Positions 49,764 to 59,341 of a stretch of 64,000 nucleotides of DNA are shown here, piece by piece (positions within the stretch are counted from its first letter, which is position 1; each line of letters opens with the position of its first letter). Below the pieces are notes generated by a model. That model was not told where the DNA came from and ran no database searches. It worked only from the letters and a program-made list of their open reading frames with translations. The stretch spans positions 1 to 64,000 of the IMG/VR virus record IMGVR_UViG_3300037493_005685. One strand, 5' to 3'. The position numbers were made by a program, and so were the translations under genes. Source of the DNA: a virus.

Positions 49764-50579
49764 CTACGGTGCGATACTTCCCTCACAACACGTCTGCCCA
49801 TCCGGGCAGGCACCAGGAAGTATGACAGCCATCCAACCGAGACAACTATTTACACAACCCCATGCTCTTTTGGGGTCCAGGAGTATAGGCCGCATATCCT
49901 CCCCACAATCCAAGTCCGTCTCCCACCCCGTATCAGATGACCACAAGGGTGGGTCGAGACACTGACCGAATGCGTCCCACGACGACCCGTCGTTACAGGT
50001 GTCAGGGCCGGTGTCTGTGTCCGCCGTATCCGTGCCGGGGTCGCTGCCCGTATCGACTGTGTCGGTGCCGGGGTCGCTGCCCGTATCGATGGCAGGTCCG
50101 GTGTCTAAGCCAGTGTCCGTTTCGATGGCAGGTCCGGTGTCCGTGCTGGAACCGGTGTCTGTTTCTACGGCAGGTCCGGTGTCTAAGCCAGTGTCAGTCT
50201 CTATGGCAGGGCCGGTATCCATGCTGGAACCGGTGTCAGTTTCGATGGCAGGGCCGGTATCCATGCTGGAACCGGTGTCAGTTTCGATGGCAGGGCCGGT
50301 GTCCATGTTGGAACCGGTGTCTGTTTCGATAGCAGGGCCGGTGTCCATGTTGGAACCGGTGTCAGTTTCGATGGCAGGGCCGGTGTCCATGTTGGAACCG
50401 GTGTCTGTTTCGATAGCAGGGCCGGTGTCAGCTGCCGTGTAAGAGGGGTAGTACGGGCTCTTCTTGCCCGTGTCGGTGGCAGGGATAGTGTCCACACTAG
50501 TGTCAGAGCCCGAGGGCTCGTCTACCAGCAAGGAACAGCCCATAAAGAACGCACAAAACACGATTGCTAGAGTTTTCAT
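49764..50579 (-). CDS. Lipoprotein with acidic DT repeats and Cys-rich C-terminus
   Basis: MKTLAIVFCAFFMG-C lipobox-like signal; nine GPA(I/V)-DT units. Confidence 0.8.
   Translation of the reverse strand: MKTLAIVFCAFFMGCSLLVDEPSGSDTSVDTIPATDTGKKSPYYPSYTAADTGPAIETDTGSNMDTGPAIETDTGSNMDTGPAIETDTGSNMDTGPAIETDTGSSMDTGPAIETDTGSSMDTGPAIETDTGLDTGPAVETDTGSSTDTGPAIETDTGLDTGPAIDTGSDPGTDTVDTGSDPGTDTADTDTGPDTCNDGSSWDAFGQCLDPPLWSSDTGWETDLDCGEDMRPILLDPKRAWGCVNSCLGWMAVILPGACPDGQTCCEGSIAP
50086..50429 (-). repeat. Coding tandem repeat, 42-bp (some 36-bp) units
   Basis: Encodes GPAIETDTGS(N/S)MDT. Confidence 0.9.
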
Positions 50580-50766
50580 GACTTGGCCTCCTTAAAGGCT
50601 GGGTTGGTTGTACTACTAGCTTATACCCAATAAGCTCCTCTAAACCTCAAAAGCAAAAGGGGAAGACCCCCTTTATACCCCTCATGCCAGCTTATCCAGC
50701 TGGAGCATGAGGAGTACTAGCGCACATGCTGTCAGCATGGGTGCCTCCTTGATGTTAAAGAGTTGT

Positions 50767-53700
50767 CTACTTTCTTATACCCTTAATAACCAGCGGTTCT
50801 CGAGCAAACCCCAACAGCGCATGAAACGCCACGTCGTTTTTATGTACCCAACCGCCTATTAGGCAGTCAAGTCGTAATCCTGGCTTTGCTAGGTTTTTGG
50901 GCAGAAGGAAGATATCCATAAAGATGTCACGCTTTTCCCACCTCAGGTACATGTTTCCTGTTCCTTAGCTAGGTCCCACAGCTTCAGGTACGCGTAGAAA
51001 CGACAGTGATACAGCGCATCTACAGGTAGAACTCTTTCTTTACCCCAATCAGTAACCATCTCGAATATGCGGCGGTTTATTCGCAAGGTACCTCCTCTGT
51101 GCGTTTAGCAGTATCCTGAATGTCTGGGTCTTGAATATGTACAGGTCTTGCATGAAGGGCCTGGAGCCTGATGTATGCAGGTGCTTTATGTAAGTGCAGA
51201 TGAGCCGAAACGAGCCTTTATCCAGCATCTTATCTTGAGTCCTTTTACATACAGCCTAGAGAATTCGTCACGCTTTAGGCCGTACATGTTGAGCTCCACA
51301 TTGGTAGCCATGCCCCGATGGGCGTAGCCGCTTATAACGGCAAAGATGTAGGGGCTAATTAGCATGTTGAAGCGAGAATGAAGCGTGCTGGTGTAATAGA
51401 CGTAGAAAGGAGTTTACTATTACTCCATTAATGTTTATCCCTACCGACCTCCTGTGAATGTACCTTCTATCAGCCCTGTCGGCTATTAGCCAAAACGTTC
51501 CTTGTGAGATTTTCATTATATCACCACCTTAAGGCGTCGCAGTATCCAGAGAAAGGGCCAGGTTCTAGCTGCGTAGGTGGACCTTTGGATTCCTTTGTCT
51601 GGATAGTGCCGCTGGAATGAGCCTTTATTAACGTACATCTTGCACACCCACACTGCTCAACCTGGAGCCAATAGCGTAATTGTTCATATGGAAACACCCT
51701 GCGCTTGAAGTTCTCCTCAATATTCACGCCCTCCCCGGCCAGCTTAAAGCTGAATTTGTTTATGAGCATCTACCACTCCAACATCAAAGGCCACGCCCAC
51801 GGCTCTAGCCCGTCTCTGTCCGCGTAGTGGTCCATTAAGATGATTATGTTGATTGTCTTGAAGAACCAGACATCCTGCCTGTTCCTTCTAGGGTTGTGTA
51901 AATACTTGTGAACTACGTGGAAGGCGTCTTCTTTGGGGGACATCAGTACCTCCTGAGGTCAATCCCAGGCAACCACTCGAGGTGTTCTGGCGTTTGCTCC
52001 ATTAACCACAAACCCAAACAACCCCACGGCCCTTGTATCTCCAGCCCCCTCTGCCTCTCAAGCAGCATTACGGCGTATTCCAGCCATGCCTCCCTCCTTG
52101 TCTCAGCGCCTTCGCCGGTTAAGGATGTAATCAATACTTGCAATTCCCCCAAGTTCTCTTTTACGTAGTAGCTCATTGTACAATAATTCTAACCTAGTTG
52201 AGCAGCGGTCGAAGTAGGCGAGCATAGCCCACCTATTCTCACCCATCTGAGAGCCATCTTTAACGCCGTAGAGCATGCCCCACATCATGGGGCTTGGTTT
52301 TTCCCACATATTTCACCTTAAGCGCTCTCGTATGTGTCTTGTTTCCAGCCGCATATACTTAAGCTTCAAAGCTTTTATTACGTCTTCCCAGTGGAAGACC
52401 ATGCCTATACTCACATGCGCGCTAGGTGAGAAGTAGTTACGCTTGTAGAGCAAGCGCATATTATATACAGCCTCATCTGTGAAGTACATGGCTTACCTCC
52501 CAAACCAAATTGGATGTGGGTGAACGTACATTTTCGCTAGCTCTCTGGCTGCTTCTCGGGTGTTGTAGGGGATTACCCCCACAAAGTAATCAAACACTTC
52601 TGTACTTTGTCTTTTAAATACCTCGCGCCTGTTCAGTCGCATGGCCCGGACGTGCAGGACTGGGCGGATGTTGCTTATTCGCATATTGCTCCCTCATCAG
52701 CGAAGCCCCCTCTAGTATGAACCAACGTTCAAACATACCGTGGTGGCTGAGGTCCCAATAAGACGCAGAGATTAGTCCTATCCGCGCCTTAGCGTAGTAG
52801 TCTACATCGAGCATGCCCCTTCATTGCCTCCTTAAATGTCATTCTTATGTAAAAGCGGCTACACGCAGTCTGCATCCACTCATGGTCCTGTATTACATGC
52901 TGCTGAACTGCGACCCTAAACATCCGCATAGTTTCTGAGTACATCATAAATCTCCCAGAAGTCCTTGCGCTTTTGGCGGTACATCCATGAGTGGCCAGCG
53001 TAACTAGGGTTAAAGACTACTTGGCGCTTAAAGAACGTTCCGTAGAACTTAAAGATGTTCCGGCGAAAGTCTTTGTTACATATCACGGCAGCGCTCCGGG
53101 TAGGAGACCCCATACCTAGCCCAGCTATAGAGGCTCCTTATGTTAATAACGCGTCTTTCAAATTGAAAGTTTAGTTCCCATATGTACTCTGCAGGTGTTA
53201 TAGGCATAGGCGCATTGCGAATTGTTTCTGCTAACAGGTGATGCACGGATATTTCTCCTTCAGGATTCTAATCCAGGTAGTAAAGTACTGCCGCCTGTCT
53301 ACCTTGGCTACGTCTAGGTGGTGGCGGGCGTACACGAAGGCGGGTATGGAGGCGCATATGATTCTAAGACGGTGTTTCTTTCCGATGGTGCCATACATGC
53401 AGGTTACTCCATACCGCTCTTTTTGTGGGGTATATGCGGGCTAACGGTATGTCTAGGTACACGGTACCCATGTACTTGACGTAATACCTAAACAGGCTAG
53501 ACGTAGCGGTTAACATTTTTGTATCTGTTTCTGCCTTAGGCGCATGCTTTCTCGGAAGTAGTAGCCGATGTGCCAGTCGAAGCCACTTAGGTTTTCGCTG
53601 AACACCCAGGGGCCAAACTCAATCCGCGCATAGTCGAGGTATAGCGCATCCTCCACACACCCAAAGCAGTATTTATGGTTGAATTGCCGTAAGTAGAAGC

Positions 53701-55120
53701 TCATGGAAGTCGCGCTCCTTTACGCGTAGGTATTCTTCTAGGTAGAAAAACGGGTCAAAGTTCCAGAACGACCTGTGGTTACCTAGGCACATATTGATTA
53801 CTTGGATGATTTGGCGTAGGTCTGACTTGTTCATAGCCGTATAAACTCTGCAAACATAAGCCGGTTGTACTCGACTAGTTTGTTCATTATGTGCCTCCTC
53901 GTAGTAAAGGTATGCCAGTCGTCGTTAACGTCGCTGATTAGGTTTGTTATCAAGGTGAACTTTCCCATACATTTCCCTGTAAGTTTGAGCATCTCCACAC
54001 TCCTGCGTGAAATTTTAGGAACCCAATGTTGCGAAAGTAGGCTGTGCGGTCATGAGCCCAGCGGAGGTCATTAGCGCGGACGTATGATATAACCATCATC
54101 CAGCCATATTGATGGACTTTTAACATAGAGTTGGTGCCACCTCTGTATTTTTAGAGTGCGCAGGTCGTTCATACCGCGCACAGCCCATATACGAGCATTA
54201 TCGCGTACGTCGTCTAAAACAGACGCCCATATTTGTTTGTAGTTAATCATGCTTGAAATGTAGCCTCATGACCTCTCTTTCGTACTTCATTCTTTTTATT
54301 GCGAGATCATTGTTGCCGTAACTCAAATGCTTAATAACCCACCATAGAGCTATACGTATTTCCCTTAATCGAGTCATGTAGAATGTGCCACCTTTCTGCG
54401 CGATTTATCCTAAGGCAACGTGCGCCATGCACGGCCCAGTTTTGTCCGAAGCTAAACTGGGTTCTGACATCATCTATTACGGACTCCCAGGTAGGTATGT
54501 ACCTAGTCATGGCACGCGTTGTCCCATATCAACTTCTTTCGCGAGTAGAGGTCCCGCATGTAGAATTCGGGGGGCACAATCTGCGCCCATACGCTGCTCC
54601 GCAAACTCCACCAAAGGGGCAGGGAATTTACCGTGGCCCTAAAATGGATGTGCAGGTGCTCGTGCATATAAACTCCGCAAGTTACTTATTCCTTGGTTAA
54701 TAAGCCTTCGCCGTACATCTATAAGCACAAAGAAGTCACGAATAGCTATATGTCTGTACTCAGGCTTAAAGAAGATACTGCTCACCATTCCCGCTGTGCT
54801 GGCTATCCCACACTGTAAGGTCAGAAACATCCCAGTCTACCAGCCAGAAAGTAAGCCATAGCCATAATACACACCATGTTGATTACTAACATAACGGTGT
54901 CGAAGATGGCATAACGGCGATGCTTCATCAGACCGTGTATGCGGCGCAGTAGCTCTTCACGCTGGTCGTCATCCAACAAGGCGCCTTCTTCGTGGTAAAT
55001 ACGGCAGCCCTCCTCGAAAAGTTCAATACCGCGCGTGTTGTGCTTGAGATGCTTGATTCCTATCTTCAAGAAATAAGCATTAAAGACGATAACAAGAACG
55101 TTACCTATGATGGGCCACAT
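50767..55120 (-). other. Dense array of roughly 40-80-aa overlapping minus-strand microproteins
   Basis: Start/stop-coupled ORFs, e.g. 54243..54377 MTRLREIRIALWWVIKHLSYGNNDLAIKRMKYEREVMRLHFKHD. Confidence 0.6.
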
Positions 55121-55188
55121 TGTTTTCTCCTTTGTTTGGGTTTGTTACCCACTTTTACCAAGTAAATAACTCAGATTGTAAGAGGTAC

Positions 55189-55218
55189 TTGACTCCCCAA
55201 TCCCCCTTAAGCTATGCT
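55189..55218 (+). promoter_or_regulatory. Sigma70-like promoter
   Basis: TTGACT-18 nt-TATGCT. Confidence 0.5.
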
Positions 55219-55270
55219 CCCCTTGCTGTTCGGTTTACACAACCACTACAACGAAAGGAGCCAAACAGCC

Positions 55271-55756
55271 ATGCGTCACTACCATATCGATTGGGATGAA
55301 ATCACCGGTAATTTTGACCAGGAACAAGCAGCGAGCGGCCTCTGGGCAATCTGCGATGCCCTCCAAAAGATTGAGACGGTCTATAACTCCGACACCGAGT
55401 TAAAGGGCCTCAATCTCCCACTGTATTCGTTTGTGAATACCTCCTACAGCTTAGACACTGAAAAAGGTGCAGCCCGCATTTGCTGTGGCTGGAAGACAGC
55501 TGTACTTCCTCTCAAAAAGATAGGGGTGCTTCAAGAAGTCATACCTTGTCACCGAGCACACGCGGTTACTACAGCGGTCTTAAAGGCAGAGAACGCAAAG
55601 CTCGATAACTCAGAGGCGAGCTCCACAGACAAATACAATCTTCAGCTGCGCCACATCTCTATCTCGCTGGAACATGGACTCGGTAATTACGAGGTAATCA
55701 CCACCTACGTCAGTTACCGAAGCCTCGAAGCCGCCTGGCTCCTCGCTATCCGCTAA
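55271..55756 (+). CDS. Lone plus-strand hypothetical protein (moron-like)
   Basis: AAGGAG SD before MRHYHIDW; own promoter; hairpin downstream. Confidence 0.65.
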   Translation: MRHYHIDWDEITGNFDQEQAASGLWAICDALQKIETVYNSDTELKGLNLPLYSFVNTSYSLDTEKGAARICCGWKTAVLPLKKIGVLQEVIPCHRAHAVTTAVLKAENAKLDNSEASSTDKYNLQLRHISISLEHGLGNYEVITTYVSYRSLEAAWLLAIR

Positions 55757-55820
55757 CCAAAAGAAAACCCCAACAGCATTAGTGCCATTGGGGCCTTCTA
55801 GGCTACATACGAGAGGCCAA

Positions 55821-55904
55821 TACGAGGAGCGGGGGTCGAACCCGCACGCCTTTACAGGCAAGAGATCTTAAATCTCCTGAGACTTCCAATTCCTCCATCC
55901 TCGC
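55821..55904 (-). tRNA. tRNA-Leu(UAA), CCA not encoded
   Basis: GCGAGGA/TCCTCGT acceptor, GGAGA-TTTAAGA-TCTCT anticodon arm, long variable arm, GCGGG-TTCGACC-CCCGC T arm. Confidence 0.93.
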
Positions 55905-56003
55905 AAAAACCCCAACAACCCCCGCACCGCTCAAAGTAAAGGGGCCATTGGAGCAAGCAGTTTAGTGCGTCATACTCAGGACGCTTGACCAGCTGCCAAC
56001 TGG

Positions 56004-56480
56004 TTACTCACGAATGGTGACGTTCCCATCCAACATGTAGATATGCGCGCGAGGGATGAAGGTCAGCGCCTCGGCGACTTCATTACCCTGCTGGGTGCTC
56101 ACCTGGACAAGGACGCCGAGCCCTTCGATGTTCATGGCCTTGGTGCTCTTCATCCAGCCTTGCTCTTTGGAGCTGGCTTTGCACACGCACACCCAGGCAC
56201 CGGGGTCGCCGTGGAGTTGAACGTCCGAGACGTTGGCTTTGAGCTGGTCCATATTGGTGTTGTCGAGGGTCTTTTCGGTCATCTGGTTCTCCTTGTAATG
56301 CCCCGACGCCCGGAAGAAGGCGACGAAGGCGTTGTACAACTCTTTGTCTTCTGTGACTTCGCGACCGTGGACAAAGAACTTCCCGTCATAGCTCAGCTTG
56401 ATGGCGGGTTCGCCGGGTTCGCTATTAACCCTAAAGGTGATAGCGTTGTCGCGATTGGTTTCTGTTTTGAGTTCTTCCAT
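56004..56480 (-). CDS. Two-part phage protein with an internal in-frame start
   Basis: AAGGAG SD before both M1 and the internal MTEKTL. Confidence 0.7.
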   Translation of the reverse strand: MEELKTETNRDNAITFRVNSEPGEPAIKLSYDGKFFVHGREVTEDKELYNAFVAFFRASGHYKENQMTEKTLDNTNMDQLKANVSDVQLHGDPGAWVCVCKASSKEQGWMKSTKAMNIEGLGVLVQVSTQQGNEVAEALTFIPRAHIYMLDGNVTIRE

Positions 56481-56510
56481 GGTGTCTCCTTTGATTGTCC
56501 ATTACTTTAG

Positions 56511-56852
56511 TGGAGCTGCCGGTAATCGAAACCGGGTCCGATACATCGTCTTCTACACCCTCGTCCACACGCTTGGTGGCATCTCTCTTGGTACGCTACC
56601 TGCCACGATAGCGTATCAGTTTTCTCTCGTATCTTAGCCAACCATACTGAGAGCCTTTGGTTGAAGCGCCCTGGTTAATTACGCCACGTCAGCCCCTACA
56701 GGGGGAAGAGACTGGGTGACGGAGAACGGCTCACGCCGCTTTCAGGTACTCTTGCGGTTCGGCATTTGTACGTTGACACTTCTTTACCCAGTAAGCGTCA
56801 TCTGGGGCGTGCGAGCATAACTTCAGTTGTACCGTCAAAACCTTTCAGCCCC
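56511..56852 (-). ncRNA. ssrA: tmRNA, tag (A)AEPQEYLKAA*
   Basis: 5' GGGGCTGAAAGGTTTTGACGG; 3' CCGGTTTCGATTACCGGCAGCTCCA; G3-U70 pair; tag ORF 56731..56763. Confidence 0.93.
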
Positions 56853-56860
56853 ATAAAAAC

Positions 56861-56931
56861 TGGTCCCTGCTGTGTGATTCGAACACACATATTAACCTGC
56901 AGGTCTTTGCCTTCCAATCGGCCAAGCAGGG
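56861..56931 (-). tRNA. tRNA-like RNA with non-canonical anticodon arm, CCA encoded
   Basis: CCCTGCT/AGCAGGG acceptor plus ACCA; GCC/GGC D arm; GTGTG-TTCGAAT-CACAC T arm; anticodon region only GACC-TGCA-GGTT. Confidence 0.7.
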
Positions 56932-57330
56932 ACCTCGAAAACCTTAACCGTTATTCTTAAGCGCGTCAATAAGCCCGTCGTAGAACTTAACCCGTTCTTC
57001 CCGGACCTCTGCCAGCCCACGCCATAAGCAGCCCAGGCTGCGAGCCTCGTCAGCCTTCGCCTTAGCAATAGCGCGCTGTTCTTGTAGGCTATACAGGATT
57101 AAAGACACGCCTTTTGCGTACTGTGACACTGTCTTACTCCCTTCAGCCGGTACTAGGCCCTTATGAAACCCTGTACCCGGCTCAGCTTGGTGATGGCCGC
57201 TTTGCAGCTGCGGCAGGTTACTTCGTCGAACTTTAACGTCAGAGTATACTTGATGTTCTCGGCGTTGAGTCTCTGGCTGTCGCACACACATAACGGGAGT
57301 CCTCCCTTACTTAAGTGTATACGCGTAGAC

Positions 57331-57651
57331 CTACTCCTCTCTTTCATCTTTAGCCGTCTCCTCTGCTTCTTTTATGGACAGCAGGAACTCTTTATCCACC
57401 CGTACGCCCTTCGCTGTCTTGGCTACTTCCGAGGCCCCTTTTGTGAAGTATACCTCGGGTATGTAGTCTGACTGTGGCTCGATTCTGTTCGCGAGCTTGG
57501 CCTGCCTGAGCCCCAGGTTCGCCAGCTGAATCTGGCAGCGCATAAGCGCAACGGCGCTACGTATGTCGTCTTTCTTAACTTCCCCACTTAGCAGCTGGGT
57601 CATGTACTTATCTTGCAGGGTCATCAATTGACTGAGTCTGTTGCGTTTCAT
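57331..57651 (-). CDS. Hypothetical protein
   Basis: Follows the multi-HTH gene. Confidence 0.55.
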   Translation of the reverse strand: MKRNRLSQLMTLQDKYMTQLLSGEVKKDDIRSAVALMRCQIQLANLGLRQAKLANRIEPQSDYIPEVYFTKGASEVAKTAKGVRVDKEFLLSIKEAEETAKDEREE

Positions 57652-58615
57652 TTGTCATTCCTTCCTTTTTTCGGTAGCGCAATTTTAAACTTCTGATGTG
57701 AGATTCTGAAATATCATAACGACGACTGAGTTCCCTTGTGCTATCTTTTAAAAGCTCCGTTACCTTCTCTTCCCATCTTATAGTTTTTATAAGCGTGCTT
57801 AAACGCTGGTTTAGGCTTATGAACATCTTAAATATTTCAGCGTTAACCTCCTCATTTTTGTCTGAACACTTAAGTCGCAACAACTCTTTATACGCCCTAC
57901 TACATTCTTCACTGCAATATTTCTGGTGTTTTATGGCCGTTTTATACCTCTTTCCGCACAAACACGTGCGCTCTTCTTTGTACCAAAGTAAACCTTGTTC
58001 TTGCCTTTTACAGACCATAGCTCTAATTTGCGCACCGTACTTTTTATCTAACTTTGTATTACTGTTAGCTACAGACTCAGCATGTTGTTTTCGGGCATAA
58101 CGTACTTGGTGTCTCGGTACACCAAATTCTCTTTCTATCTCTACGTCACTTTTTTCGAGCGATATTAAGCCACCGTCAAATATATTGGGAGACTTATACT
58201 CGGGTATACCTAATCTCGTTCTAGCTCTGAGTACGGACTGTTTACTGCACCCCCATTTTTTTGCTACTTCAACATCATACATTTTTCCTAAGTCCGTAAC
58301 CGAATCCCAGTCTACTCTTCTATGTCTAGTGAGACCCTTACGCGACCCAGGTATATGTCTACTTCGGGCATCTTTTACGGTCAGGGGGGAACATCCGAGT
58401 CTTTCTGCTATTATTGAGATATCTCCAGTTAAGAAGTCAGGTACACTATCCCAATCAATATGTGTAAATTGGGACGCATGTGACGGAATACCTCTAGCTT
58501 TCCTTACTTTATGTATCCATTTTGGATTACATCCTAAGCGCGCCGCTATTACCTTATCCGGAACCTTTCCTAGATCCTCAATGCTATTGGGATCTATGTC
58601 TAATTTCTTAGACAT
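57608..58615 (-). CDS. Tandem-HTH DNA-binding protein with Cys motif
   Basis: Repeats of DLGK..D..IA..LGC....V...R...GIP; CLCG...KYCSEEC. Confidence 0.75.
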   Translation of the reverse strand: MSKKLDIDPNSIEDLGKVPDKVIAARLGCNPKWIHKVRKARGIPSHASQFTHIDWDSVPDFLTGDISIIAERLGCSPLTVKDARSRHIPGSRKGLTRHRRVDWDSVTDLGKMYDVEVAKKWGCSKQSVLRARTRLGIPEYKSPNIFDGGLISLEKSDVEIEREFGVPRHQVRYARKQHAESVANSNTKLDKKYGAQIRAMVCKRQEQGLLWYKEERTCLCGKRYKTAIKHQKYCSEECSRAYKELLRLKCSDKNEEVNAEIFKMFISLNQRLSTLIKTIRWEEKVTELLKDSTRELSRRYDISESHIRSLKLRYRKKEGMTNETQQTQSIDDPAR

Positions 58616-58944
58616 TACGCCCCCCTTTCTTTTGTCCTCCTCATGATGGTGTACAGCGACACCAACAAGTGCACCTGCTGCTCAAACACCCTATTTCTGT
58701 TTGGTTCTTTTTCCTCCCAAACCCGGACAGAAGAGTCCTCTATTACCTTCGATATATCGAACGTTGTATCCATTGAATTACGCCGTAACATCTCCATAGC
58801 GACACCCTTAGGCAACACTATCGACTTGTTTACGTCTGAGGACCGACAACAGCTACAGACGTCTGCCTTACCGATGAAGGTGTCCTCAGTTACCCAAACG
58901 TTGTCACAGCGATTACAGCGGTAGAGGCGGTAGTCCCTGGCCAT
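58615..58944 (-). CDS. Zinc-ribbon protein
   Basis: CNRC...CSCC. Confidence 0.6.
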   Translation of the reverse strand: MARDYRLYRCNRCDNVWVTEDTFIGKADVCSCCRSSDVNKSIVLPKGVAMEMLRRNSMDTTFDISKVIEDSSVRVWEEKEPNRNRVFEQQVHLLVSLYTIMRRTKERGA

Positions 58945-59341
58945 CGACCTTGGTTTCCTCCTCTGTCTGAGTTGCTTGTTCGACCGCGATAGCTCTCAGC
59001 CACCGCGCGATTTCTTTCAAAGGCGCGGTATCATCAGCTAGCTCCGCTGCAGCCACCGAGGCGCTGCAGAGGTCTAACCCCCTCTTTATGAGCTCGATAA
59101 CCTTTAGCTTGTTCTTGAGGGCTCCGTGCATGAGTCGGAACTCCCGGCGCAGCGGAAGCTCCGAAAGCTTTCTGGCGTTGGCGTGGTACACGGTCTTGTA
59201 CGCCACGAGCTCTTTGCTGCCGCAGGTACAACCATCCTTTTCGTACCGCGCCATGGTGTCTTCTACGGAACGGTACACGCTTTCTTTTAGTACGCGCTTG
59301 CCACAGTCTAGACAGGTAATGACGATGTGGATGTACCTCAT
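58913..59341 (-). CDS. Zinc-ribbon protein
   Basis: CLDC...CTCG. Confidence 0.6.
   Translation of the reverse strand: MRYIHIVITCLDCGKRVLKESVYRSVEDTMARYEKDGCTCGSKELVAYKTVYHANARKLSELPLRREFRLMHGALKNKLKVIELIKRGLDLCSASVAAAELADDTAPLKEIARWLRAIAVEQATQTEEETKVDGQGLPPLPL

Noticed and set aside
50086-50429. Regular repeats resembling a CRISPR array
   Set aside because: The units are contiguous, multiples of 3, lack unique spacers and encode the lipoprotein stalk.
50645-50660. CCTCAAAAGCAAAA similar to the 3' box of the array units
   Set aside because: It is the complement of a U-tract next to a minus-strand terminator-like hairpin, and no other unit elements are nearby.
50767-54830. Stop-codon reassignment as the cause of the short ORFs
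   Set aside because: The short ORFs I translated end in TAA or TGA with coupled starts, and conserved genes elsewhere are intact under the standard code and use all three stops.
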